NCBI GenBank assembly: GCA_947462065.1
Contig: CANHNO010000001.1
Location: 1 to 47,562, forward strand
DNA from: Burkholderiales bacterium
GTDB taxonomy: Bacteria > Pseudomonadota > Gammaproteobacteria > Burkholderiales > Burkholderiaceae_C
DNA length: 47,562 nt
Reading direction: 5' to 3'
Shown: positions 11,563 to 19,642 of the stretch, in pieces
Layout: each line of letters opens with the position of its first letter
Position numbering within the stretch: the first letter of the stretch is position 1
Program-made: the position numbers and the translations under genes
The notes under the pieces: generated by a model
Told to the model about the DNA's origin: nothing
Seen by the model: the letters and a program-made list of their open reading frames with translations, nothing else
Databases searched by the model: none

Positions 11563-12510
11563 ATGGCTTCCAGCCTGCTCGCCCTGATCGATGACATCGC
11601 AACAGTACTCGACGATGTCGCGCTGCTGACCAAGGTCGCCGCGAAGAAGACCGCCGGCGTGCTGGGCGACGACCTGGCCCTCAACGCGCAGCAGGTATCG
11701 GGCGTCAATGCCGATCGCGAACTGCCGGTGGTCTGGGCGGTGGCCAAGGGCTCGGCGATGAACAAGGCGATCCTGGTGCCGGCGGCACTCGCGATCAGCG
11801 CCTTCGCGCCCTGGGCCGTGACGCCGCTGCTGATGGTCGGTGGCCTTTTCCTCTGCTACGAAGGCTTCGAGAAGCTGGCGCACAAGTTCCTGCACGCCGC
11901 GTCGGAAGACGCAGCCCACCGCGAGCAGATGCTGCAGGCGCTGGCCGATCCGGCGGTGGACCTCGTCCAGTTCGAGAAAGACAAGATCAAGGGCGCGGTG
12001 CGCACCGACTTCATCCTGTCGGCGGAAATCATCGCCATCACGCTCGGCACCGTGCAGGATTCTCCTTTTGTCACCCAGGTGAGCGTGCTGGTCGGCATCG
12101 CAGTCGCGATGACGATCGGCGTCTACGGCCTGGTGGCTGGCATCGTCAAGCTCGATGACATGGGGTTGTGGCTCACGAAACGCCCGGGCAGCGGCGCGGG
12201 CGTGGCGCTGCCACACCGCATCGGCACGGCCATCCTGAAAGCCGCGCCGTACCTGATGCGAACGCTCACCGTGGTTGGCACCGCGGCGATGTTCCTGGTC
12301 GGTGGTGGCATCCTGACGCACGGCCTCGCCGCAGCGCACCACGCGATCGAGGCTGTCGCAGCGTTGGCCACCGACACGCTGGGAAGCTGGGTCGGTGCCG
12401 TAGTGCCTACCCTGCTTGACGGCCTGGTCGGCGTGGCCGCTGGCGCGCTGGTGCTGGTCGGCGTCACCGTGGGCCGCAAGCTTCTGGCCAAGCCCGCGCT
12501 GGCCGGATGA
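11563..12510 (+). CDS. DUF808 (YedI) family membrane protein
   Basis: Starts MASSLLALIDDIATVLDDVALLTKVAAKKTAGVLGDDLALNA, the typical DUF808 N-terminus, and has C-terminal TM helices. Confidence 0.8.
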   Translation: MASSLLALIDDIATVLDDVALLTKVAAKKTAGVLGDDLALNAQQVSGVNADRELPVVWAVAKGSAMNKAILVPAALAISAFAPWAVTPLLMVGGLFLCYEGFEKLAHKFLHAASEDAAHREQMLQALADPAVDLVQFEKDKIKGAVRTDFILSAEIIAITLGTVQDSPFVTQVSVLVGIAVAMTIGVYGLVAGIVKLDDMGLWLTKRPGSGAGVALPHRIGTAILKAAPYLMRTLTVVGTAAMFLVGGGILTHGLAAAHHAIEAVAALATDTLGSWVGAVVPTLLDGLVGVAAGALVLVGVTVGRKLLAKPALAG

Positions 12511-12554
12511 GACACCGGTTCAGCACGGCGCGCTGTCGCCTGACGATTCGCTGG

Positions 12555-12992
12555 TCAGTACAGCGAGATCGAGATCAGTTCTACCTCGAAGGTCAGCGTC
12601 GCATTCGGCGGAATCACATTGCCGGCACCGCGCGAACCGTAAGCAATCTGCGAAGGGCAGGTCAGCCGTGCCTTGCCGCCGACCTTCATCCGCTGCAGGC
12701 CTTCCGTCCAGCACCGGATCACGCCGTTCAGCGGGAAGGTTGCCGGCTGGCCGCGGCTGTACGAGCTGTCGAACTCCTTGCCATCGGCCAGCGTGCCGCG
12801 GTAATGCACCGTCACGCCGTCGATGGCGCGGGGGCTGGCGCCAGCCCCCTCCACCAGCACCCGGTAGACGAGGCCGCTGGCGGTGGTGACATCGCCCGAT
12901 TCCTTCGGCGCCGCTGGCGCTACACCGGATTGCGCCCAGGCGGCGCTCAGGCAGGAAAGCGCCAGCAGGCCGGCAAAAATTCTGATTTTCAA
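12555..12992 (-). CDS. FKBP-type peptidyl-prolyl cis-trans isomerase, exported
   Basis: Signal peptide MKIRIFAGLLALSCLSAAWA. FKBP core VHYRGTLADGKEFDSS...LTFEVELI. Confidence 0.9.
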   Translation of the reverse strand: MKIRIFAGLLALSCLSAAWAQSGVAPAAPKESGDVTTASGLVYRVLVEGAGASPRAIDGVTVHYRGTLADGKEFDSSYSRGQPATFPLNGVIRCWTEGLQRMKVGGKARLTCPSQIAYGSRGAGNVIPPNATLTFEVELISISLY

Positions 12993-13081
12993 GACAGGTC
13001 TCCTGAGGTGAAGAGCGACGTCGATCGCATCGCGGCCGCCATCATCGCCGCAATCGCAGCGCCTCGGAGCCCGGAACGGCC

Positions 13082-14065
13082 ATGACGCTGCTGCTCGCGC
13101 CCATGGAGGGCTTGCTCGACCACACGCTGCGCGACATCCTGACGCGCGTCGGCGGCATCGACCGCTGCGTGTCGGAGTTCATCCGTGTTTCCGGCACCCT
13201 GCTGCCCGAGCGCACCTTCTTGCGCGTGGTGCCCGAACTGCGCCAGGGCAGCCGTACCCGCGCCGGCGTGCCGGTGCGCGCGCAGCTGCTGGGCTCCGAC
13301 CCGAACTGCCTGGCCGAGAACGCCGCGCGGCTGGCGTCTCTCGGGCCGGATGGCATCGACCTGAACTTCGGCTGCCCGGCAAAGATCGTGAACCGGCACG
13401 GGGGTGGCGCTGCACTGCTGGATGACCCGGAACTGATCTCCCGCATCGTCAGCGCCGTGCGCCGTGCGGTGCCAGCGGCGATGCCGGTCACGGCAAAGAT
13501 GCGCCTCGGCCACCTCGACGACCGCCGCGCAGTTGAATGTGCACAGGCGATCGCCAGCGCCGGGGCCGACGAGCTGGTAGTGCACGCGCGCACCAAGGCC
13601 GATGGCTACCGGCCGCCCGCCTACTGGGAGCGCATTGCCGACATCCGCGCGTCGGTTCATCTGCCCATGGTGGCCAATGGCGAAATCTGGACGGTGGCCG
13701 ACGCGCTTCGCTGCCGCGAAGTCTCGGGCTGCCACGCGCTGATGCTGGGTCGCGGCATGGTTGCCAACCCGGGGCTGGCGCTGGCCATCGTGACGGCCAC
13801 GCGGGGCCCTTCCGCACTGCCGCGCGGAGAGCAGCCAGCCTTCACCTGGGTCGATTTGCGCCCACTCGTCGCCGATTTCTGGACGCTGGTTCTGGCGCGG
13901 GCCGACATTGCCGATCGCCACCGTGCCGGGCGGCTCAAGCAGTGGCTGCATCAGCTGCGCCGCCACCACCCGGAGGCCGAAGCCGTCTACCAGGCGGTGC
14001 GCACTGTCAACGATCCGGTACAGATCACCCGGCACCTGATGGCGGCCATGCTGCTCGCTGCCTGA
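13082..14065 (+). CDS. dusC: tRNA-dihydrouridine synthase (DusC-like)
   Basis: 327 aa, LLAPMEGLLD...IDLNFGCPAK...KMRLG; Dus-family TIM-barrel motifs. Confidence 0.85.
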   Translation: MTLLLAPMEGLLDHTLRDILTRVGGIDRCVSEFIRVSGTLLPERTFLRVVPELRQGSRTRAGVPVRAQLLGSDPNCLAENAARLASLGPDGIDLNFGCPAKIVNRHGGGAALLDDPELISRIVSAVRRAVPAAMPVTAKMRLGHLDDRRAVECAQAIASAGADELVVHARTKADGYRPPAYWERIADIRASVHLPMVANGEIWTVADALRCREVSGCHALMLGRGMVANPGLALAIVTATRGPSALPRGEQPAFTWVDLRPLVADFWTLVLARADIADRHRAGRLKQWLHQLRRHHPEAEAVYQAVRTVNDPVQITRHLMAAMLLAA

Positions 14066-14233
14066 CGATCCCCCGAGCCATCGCCCACACAAGTCCGCCA
14101 GAGGAACGGGCGGAAGTGCCCAAAACCGCACGCTCGGCTGGCGCAGAAGAAACGTCCTGATACGACTGCCGCACACCAGCCCAGGCACCGGCGCAACAAT
14201 TGGTCGTTGCTACTTGTTGGTGTCAACCAACCG

Positions 14234-14923
14234 ATGTCCATTCCCCGCCCGCCGGTCAAGACGCAGCTCGGAGTCGACGAGTTGCGCACCCGCACGCACG
14301 GCCTGAATCAGCGCCATCGGACCATGCTGTTCCTGGTGGATGGCTTGCGCCCGCTCAGCGAGGTGCTGGCGCTCGGGCTGCAAGCGGGTGCCCGAACGAC
14401 GCACTTTGCCGATCTGGTGCACCTGGGCATGGTCGATGTGGCGCTCGACCCCTCTGCCACTGCGTCACCTTCGGTGGACGCTGGCGACAGCGGTGGCAAT
14501 ACGCTGTCGGGCGTGCTCGCGGTGGACCTGGAAGCCCCCGTCAGGGTGCCGAAGTTCACGACCGAAGACTCCTCGCGCATGCCGCTGAAGCGCGCCGAGG
14601 GCAGCGAGGCCGTGGCCTACGCGCAGCGCCGCGCGCTCGCCAGGTCCGAGCAGGAAGATCTGCACCAGGAGGTGCGCGAGCTGTTGATCGACACCTTGCG
14701 AATCGACGCGCCGCTGTTCGCCGCCGTCACGCTGGTGCGGGTGCGCCGCGCGCACACGACTCGCGAGCTGATCAACCTGGTGTGGGAGATCGAGCGCCAC
14801 CTCGTTGCATCAAGGAAAAGCCAGGCCGAGATGCAGACGCTTCATCGCGCCCGCGAACTGCTCGGCATGGGCAACACACAGGTCAGCACCGACTCGCCGA
14901 CCGGCTTCGACGACAGCCGGTGA
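14234..14923 (+). CDS. hypothetical protein
   Basis: GC3-biased ORF with no family recognised. ATG 14234 preferred over the TTG at 14207. Confidence 0.5.
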   Translation: MSIPRPPVKTQLGVDELRTRTHGLNQRHRTMLFLVDGLRPLSEVLALGLQAGARTTHFADLVHLGMVDVALDPSATASPSVDAGDSGGNTLSGVLAVDLEAPVRVPKFTTEDSSRMPLKRAEGSEAVAYAQRRALARSEQEDLHQEVRELLIDTLRIDAPLFAAVTLVRVRRAHTTRELINLVWEIERHLVASRKSQAEMQTLHRARELLGMGNTQVSTDSPTGFDDSR

Positions 14924-15018
14924 AGGCCGATGGTTTGCCCTCCGCATCTGGCTCGGGATGGAGCTTGTTCGCATCGATGCTGACGCGACGGAGGGTCTAC
15001 CTGTCCTGTGAAGTTCGC

Positions 15019-16881
15019 TCACCAGCGTGACAAGTCGGAGTCGGCCGATTCGATCGCCACACCAACACGCTGAGCCTTCGCCTTGTGTTTTGCCCTGGCG
15101 GCGGCCGAGGCCACCTCTTCAGCCCGGCTGAACACCCCCGGGCGAACAGGTACCGCACCAATCGACAGCGTGGTGAAGTCGAAGAATCGCATCACGCCAT
15201 GCCGGTCTTCGGCATCGATGCCGCCTCTTTGGAGCGCCTCCTCGTCAAACAAGGAAAGCGCCTTTTCATTGAACATCGCCACGATGGCCTCGCAGCGGTC
15301 CATCCAGTCATCGCTCTGGAACAGCACGACGAAATCGTCGCCGCCGACGTGCCCGATGAAATCTCGACGCGGGTCGCAATGTGACGCCAGCGTTCGGGCC
15401 ACCAGCCGGATCATCTCGTCGCCGCGCCAATAGCCGTAATGGTCGTTGTAGGGCTTGAAGTCGTTCAAGTCGCAGTAGCAGGCGACGAACTCGCCACCGG
15501 ATGCCAGCAGCCGATCAATGTGTTCGCTGATCGGAATGTTGCCCGGCAAGAAGGTGAGCGGGTTGGCGTGGCGTGCGGCTTCCATGCGCACCTCGGTCAC
15601 GACCCGAACCAGTTGTTCCCCCGTGCCCAGGCCGAAGTAGCGACCGCCCTCTGTGACGATGAAGCCCTCGTTGAGATAGCGCTGGTCCGAAGACGTCAAA
15701 ACAGCAGTCAACGCCTCCAGGCCGGTGAACTTGTCCAGCAACAGTGGGGTGGTGTTGGCAAACACCAGGCATGGCTTGCGGCCGTAAACCTCCCTGAAAT
15801 AGGGCTTCGCATAGCGGTCGACGAAGGACTGGCGATTCAGCAGGCCGATGGGCTTGCCGTCATCGACCAGCGCGATGGAACGCAAGGTGGGGTCATTGTT
15901 GAAGGCCTGCGCGATGTCTTCGTTGGTGGCGTCCGACCCGAATGGCGGCACATGGACCGAAAGGCGCTGCACGGTGAAGTCGGACCCTGCTGCGCGCGTC
16001 AGCTCGGGCAAGACGGCGATCTTCACGTTGGTGAAGGTCTCGGCAGCAGCGTTCAAGACCGTCATGGCCGGCACAGGGCTGGGCCGTCCCAGGAAATAGC
16101 CTTGCCCGAAATCGATGCCGAGATCTCGCACGATCTGCAGTTCGGCCTCGGTCTCGATCCCTTCGGCGATCAGCGAGGTACCGAAGGTTTCAGCCAGGCG
16201 CATCAGTCCCCTGAGCGTTTGCACCTTGACCGCCTCGTTGTGCACGTTGCGGACAAAGTACTTGTCGATCTTGACGTACTCTGGAAGGAACTCGGCCCAC
16301 AGCCGCAGGCTGGATCGGCCGTCACCAAAATCGTCCAGTGCGAAGCGCATCCCCATGGCGTGCAGTTCGGACCCGACCTGGATCAAGCGTGACATGTCAG
16401 TGACGCGATCGTGCTCGGTGATCTCGATGACCAATGCTGAAGGCGCGATGCCCAGATCCTGCAGCGACTGCATCATCCCCGAGAGCGAGAACTGGTCCAC
16501 CATCGCGACCAGGGTCTGCGCGCTGAGATTGACGAACAACCTTTTGTCTTGCGCCCGACTCGCCCATGAACGCAAGCCCTCAACGATGCAGGCTTGCTCC
16601 AGTCGGAGCGTCAGTTCTTCAGAGCGCGCCGCCTCGAACAAGGCGTCCGGGAAGTGCAGTGGCGAGTCGAGAGGGCCGCGGATCAGGCTTTCGTGGCCCA
16701 TGACCTTGCCGGTCTTCAACTCGACGATCGGCTGGTAGTAGGCCTGCAACGCACGCCGCGCCAGAACTTGCGCAACGGTTTGGACGTTGAGAGCCTCGTC
16801 GACGCTTCGCCGCATGGCTTGCAGCGCCGCTGTGGACAGTGGGGCATTCACAGTGAAAACTCCTCTTGGTGCACCCTGCAA
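15019..16881 (-). CDS. EAL - CBS pair - degenerate GGDEF (GGDDF) c-di-GMP signalling protein
   Basis: EAL-domain motifs YYQPIV, ESLIRG, EITE, DDFGDG, KIDK, EGIETE, QGYF. Central CBS-like repeats. C-terminal NPLTFLPGN...GGDDFVVLF. Confidence 0.88.
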   Translation of the reverse strand: MQGAPRGVFTVNAPLSTAALQAMRRSVDEALNVQTVAQVLARRALQAYYQPIVELKTGKVMGHESLIRGPLDSPLHFPDALFEAARSEELTLRLEQACIVEGLRSWASRAQDKRLFVNLSAQTLVAMVDQFSLSGMMQSLQDLGIAPSALVIEITEHDRVTDMSRLIQVGSELHAMGMRFALDDFGDGRSSLRLWAEFLPEYVKIDKYFVRNVHNEAVKVQTLRGLMRLAETFGTSLIAEGIETEAELQIVRDLGIDFGQGYFLGRPSPVPAMTVLNAAAETFTNVKIAVLPELTRAAGSDFTVQRLSVHVPPFGSDATNEDIAQAFNNDPTLRSIALVDDGKPIGLLNRQSFVDRYAKPYFREVYGRKPCLVFANTTPLLLDKFTGLEALTAVLTSSDQRYLNEGFIVTEGGRYFGLGTGEQLVRVVTEVRMEAARHANPLTFLPGNIPISEHIDRLLASGGEFVACYCDLNDFKPYNDHYGYWRGDEMIRLVARTLASHCDPRRDFIGHVGGDDFVVLFQSDDWMDRCEAIVAMFNEKALSLFDEEALQRGGIDAEDRHGVMRFFDFTTLSIGAVPVRPGVFSRAEEVASAAARAKHKAKAQRVGVAIESADSDLSRW

Positions 16882-16946
16882 CCGTGTGCGTGAGCACTTG
16901 CCACACGGTTATCGGTGCACAAGAAAGCAAATTGACCAAGAAAGTC

Positions 16947-17315
16947 CTAGACGCCGACCAGTTTCTTGAACGAGCCGATCACCGCCGCGCCGTTGAAAGG
17001 TTTGACGATCCAGCCCTTCACGCCGGCAGCCTTGCCGCGTTCCTTCATCGAGGGCGAGTTCTCGGTGGTGAGCATGACGATGTTCACTGTCGAGTTGTTC
17101 AGCTCGCTGCGCACCTTCTCTGCCATCGTCAGGCCGTCCATGTTGGGCATGTTGACGTCGCAGACGATGAGCTTGAGCGACGAGTCGGCCTTGACCTTGC
17201 CGAGGCCGTCGCGGCCGTCCACTGCATAGGCCACGTCCAGCCCATTCTTCTTGAGGAACTCGCCGACCTCGGTTCTTACGGTGCTTGAGTCGTCGACAAC
17301 CAGTACCTGTGCCAT
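16947..17315 (-). CDS. CheY-like single-domain response regulator
   Basis: 122 aa with VVDDS, acceptor CDVNMP, LTTE and VKPF. Start at ATG 17315. Confidence 0.9.
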   Translation of the reverse strand: MAQVLVVDDSSTVRTEVGEFLKKNGLDVAYAVDGRDGLGKVKADSSLKLIVCDVNMPNMDGLTMAEKVRSELNNSTVNIVMLTTENSPSMKERGKAAGVKGWIVKPFNGAAVIGSFKKLVGV

Positions 17316-17335
17316 TTGATGTACTCCTTTTGGGG

Positions 17336-18310
17336 TTAGAAAAACTCGATCTCGCCTGTTTCCACAAGGGAATCCACTGACACTTGGTTCTCGTGGAAAT
17401 GTTCCGGCGACCAGTTCAGGTTGAAGACGAAGCGCTGCTGGATGATCAACGGTGGCAGGCTGTCGTCTTGCGGATCGGTCAAGGTGCAACGGAAGCAAAG
17501 TTGCGGGATGCCCGTGCCAAACGAGATGTAGCGGTGCAGGTGGTTGATGATCAGCGGCACCTGGGACCGATGTGAATCGATCGCCTGCACCGTGCTGAAG
17601 CGGTTGCGGAACTGTCCCCACACCAGATTGGTCAATTCGCCGAGGATCACATTCAGCGTGCGAAAGTCTTCTGCTTCGTCAGCGAGCAGGTGGGTCTTGC
17701 CCGCGCGAACGAACTGCTGCAGCGATGCCTCCTCGGCCTGCAGCGACATGTAGCCGCGGCACCAGTTGCTGTCGACCGGGATCAGCGAGAAGAGCTCGCC
17801 GAAGATGAGCCGGTCGCGCACGATGTAGGGTGTGTCGATGTGGACGGCGGTCCCCGGGAATTCGCTCATCAGCGCTGCCGCCGTCATCTCGATGATGCCG
17901 CGCACCATCTCCTGCGGAAAGACCGTGGCGAAGATCGCTTCCTCGACCTTGGGCCCGAGTTCGTCGATGTCGGCCAGGGTGAAGACGGTGGCGAACAGGG
18001 ACACGTCAGCGGGGGTCAATGCCGGCAGGACGACTTCTTGCTCTCGGCGGAAGAATATTGGCAGTTCAGGCCGGGCGGCATGAACCTGCCGCGCCAGCAC
18101 CAGGCCAGCAGTCGGATCGTCACCGAGCCGCTCTGACATCCAGATACCACCCAGGTCGACATTCGTTCGCAGCACCGACAGGATGTTGTTGCGTCCGACG
18201 CGCAGACCTTGCAAACGGTGCGCGTCACAGAAGCGGCGGATGTCTTCGGTCGCCTCGGTGTCGGTGTCGAGCACGAGCACCTTGCTGATGGGGAATTGAT
18301 CGTTGTTCAT
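17336..18310 (-). CDS. pseudo-receiver / CheX-like fusion protein
   Basis: The N-terminal ~120 aa has a REC-like pattern (VLVLDTD...PIFF) but no obvious acceptor Asp. The C-terminal half carries the CheC/CheX-type GELTNLVWG (E-x2-N) motif. Confidence 0.6.
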   Translation of the reverse strand: MNNDQFPISKVLVLDTDTEATEDIRRFCDAHRLQGLRVGRNNILSVLRTNVDLGGIWMSERLGDDPTAGLVLARQVHAARPELPIFFRREQEVVLPALTPADVSLFATVFTLADIDELGPKVEEAIFATVFPQEMVRGIIEMTAAALMSEFPGTAVHIDTPYIVRDRLIFGELFSLIPVDSNWCRGYMSLQAEEASLQQFVRAGKTHLLADEAEDFRTLNVILGELTNLVWGQFRNRFSTVQAIDSHRSQVPLIINHLHRYISFGTGIPQLCFRCTLTDPQDDSLPPLIIQQRFVFNLNWSPEHFHENQVSVDSLVETGEIEFF

Positions 18311-18341
18311 GGTGTGGGATGGGTGGTCGTTTGTGTTGTGG

Positions 18342-18896
18342 TCAGAACATTTCGAGCTCGCCGCAGACCTCGACCTCTGCTTCGGCCGTGGCTTCGAAAT
18401 CGAGCCTGTCGTAGGCGCACACGGCCAGGGAGCCGTGGAACCGGGTGTTGCCGTTCAGCGTCAGGCGCGCGTGGGAGCAGTGGCCGTGTTGCAGCAGATG
18501 CAGGTGTGCCAGGCTCTTGCAGTCGAGCACGTACGGCGTGGACATGCCCACGTGCGGAAACGTCCGTCCCAGTCCGCGATTGAGCGCGCCGCAAGCCATG
18601 TTGCCGCACTCGTTGATGGCATCGTTGAAGGCTTGCCCGGACATCTGATCGAGCGAGACACCGTGAAGGCGAGCGAAGTGTTCGCGCGTTGCGGCGTCGG
18701 GCTCGAAGTGGATCCACATCATCAGCCGGAATCGGTACGACGACACCACCAGCATCACCGCAAGGCTCTCGGCGATGTCGTCCATGCTGGCCACCGGAAC
18801 GATGTCGGTGACGCTGTCGTCCGGCCCGGTAAAGGCGCTGCGCAGGCCCTGGTGAAGCAGCTGGTCGAATCCCTGACGGGCGGAGCTGCTGATCAT
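18342..18896 (-). CDS. CheX-like chemotaxis phosphatase family protein
   Basis: 184 aa with AINECGNMACGALNR (E-x2-N motif). ATGA overlap with the upstream gene. Confidence 0.6.
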   Translation of the reverse strand: MISSSARQGFDQLLHQGLRSAFTGPDDSVTDIVPVASMDDIAESLAVMLVVSSYRFRLMMWIHFEPDAATREHFARLHGVSLDQMSGQAFNDAINECGNMACGALNRGLGRTFPHVGMSTPYVLDCKSLAHLHLLQHGHCSHARLTLNGNTRFHGSLAVCAYDRLDFEATAEAEVEVCGELEMF

Positions 18897-19642
18897 GGCT
18901 GCGCACCCTGCTGCGGTGCAAGGGTCTCCATCGCATTGCGCTGCGCCAGATCCAGCCCGACCAGCGCACCCATGATCATCTTGCCGCCAGCCTGCAGGTC
19001 CTGGAAGGTCGCCGTGGTGATCAAGTCGTTTTCGTACAGGCTCTTGCGGTAGTCGGTCGAGAGGGTCTCTGCGCGCGCGGCCAGACTGCGCATTTCTTCG
19101 GCGACGACGGCAAACCCACGACCCTCCGCACCAGCGCGCGCTGCCTCGATGGATGCGTTGAGGGTCACGATCGTCATCTGTCGAACGATGAGCGTGAAGT
19201 CATCGTTCTTGCGGTGCATGCCGCCGTTGTGGGTGAGCACGCCATCCATCGCCGCGTGCCAGCGCTCGAAGGTCTTGTCGACCTGCATCAGCTCCTGCAA
19301 GCCGCGCGCAAGTTCGCCGATCTGCGCCTGCGCCTGCCGCGATGCGCTGTTGGCGGCGGCGACCTCCCGTCGAGTCTCTGCCGTGAGCCTGGCGTGCTCG
19401 GCGGCGGCGCTTCGGGCCGCGGACTCCAGGTCCCGGCAGCGATCCTCGGCCGCTTCGCGCTCCCAGTGAGCCTGCTCGAGTTGCGCGTGCAGTCGTTCGA
19501 TCTCTGCCGACAACGCGGCCTTCTCGGCCACCGCTTCGGGTGAAGGATGGCGCTGCCAGGGCCAGCGGATGTTGCGCGCATCAGGAGGCGTCGCCAGGCC
19601 TGCGGCCTGTGGCAGAGCTTCCGCCATTGCGGTGTCAGACAT
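18893..19642 (-). CDS. soluble minimal MCP-like protein (signalling-tip domain only)
   Basis: 249 aa with no TM segment. N-terminal coiled coil, then TLNASIEAARAGAEGRGFAVVAEEMRSLA, the invariant MCP hairpin tip. Confidence 0.75.
   Translation of the reverse strand: MSDTAMAEALPQAAGLATPPDARNIRWPWQRHPSPEAVAEKAALSAEIERLHAQLEQAHWEREAAEDRCRDLESAARSAAAEHARLTAETRREVAAANSASRQAQAQIGELARGLQELMQVDKTFERWHAAMDGVLTHNGGMHRKNDDFTLIVRQMTIVTLNASIEAARAGAEGRGFAVVAEEMRSLAARAETLSTDYRKSLYENDLITTATFQDLQAGGKMIMGALVGLDLAQRNAMETLAPQQGAQP

Noticed and set aside
12989-14188. 399-aa minus-strand ORF
   Set aside because: Shadow ORF antisense to the Dus-family gene, with no recognisable motifs.
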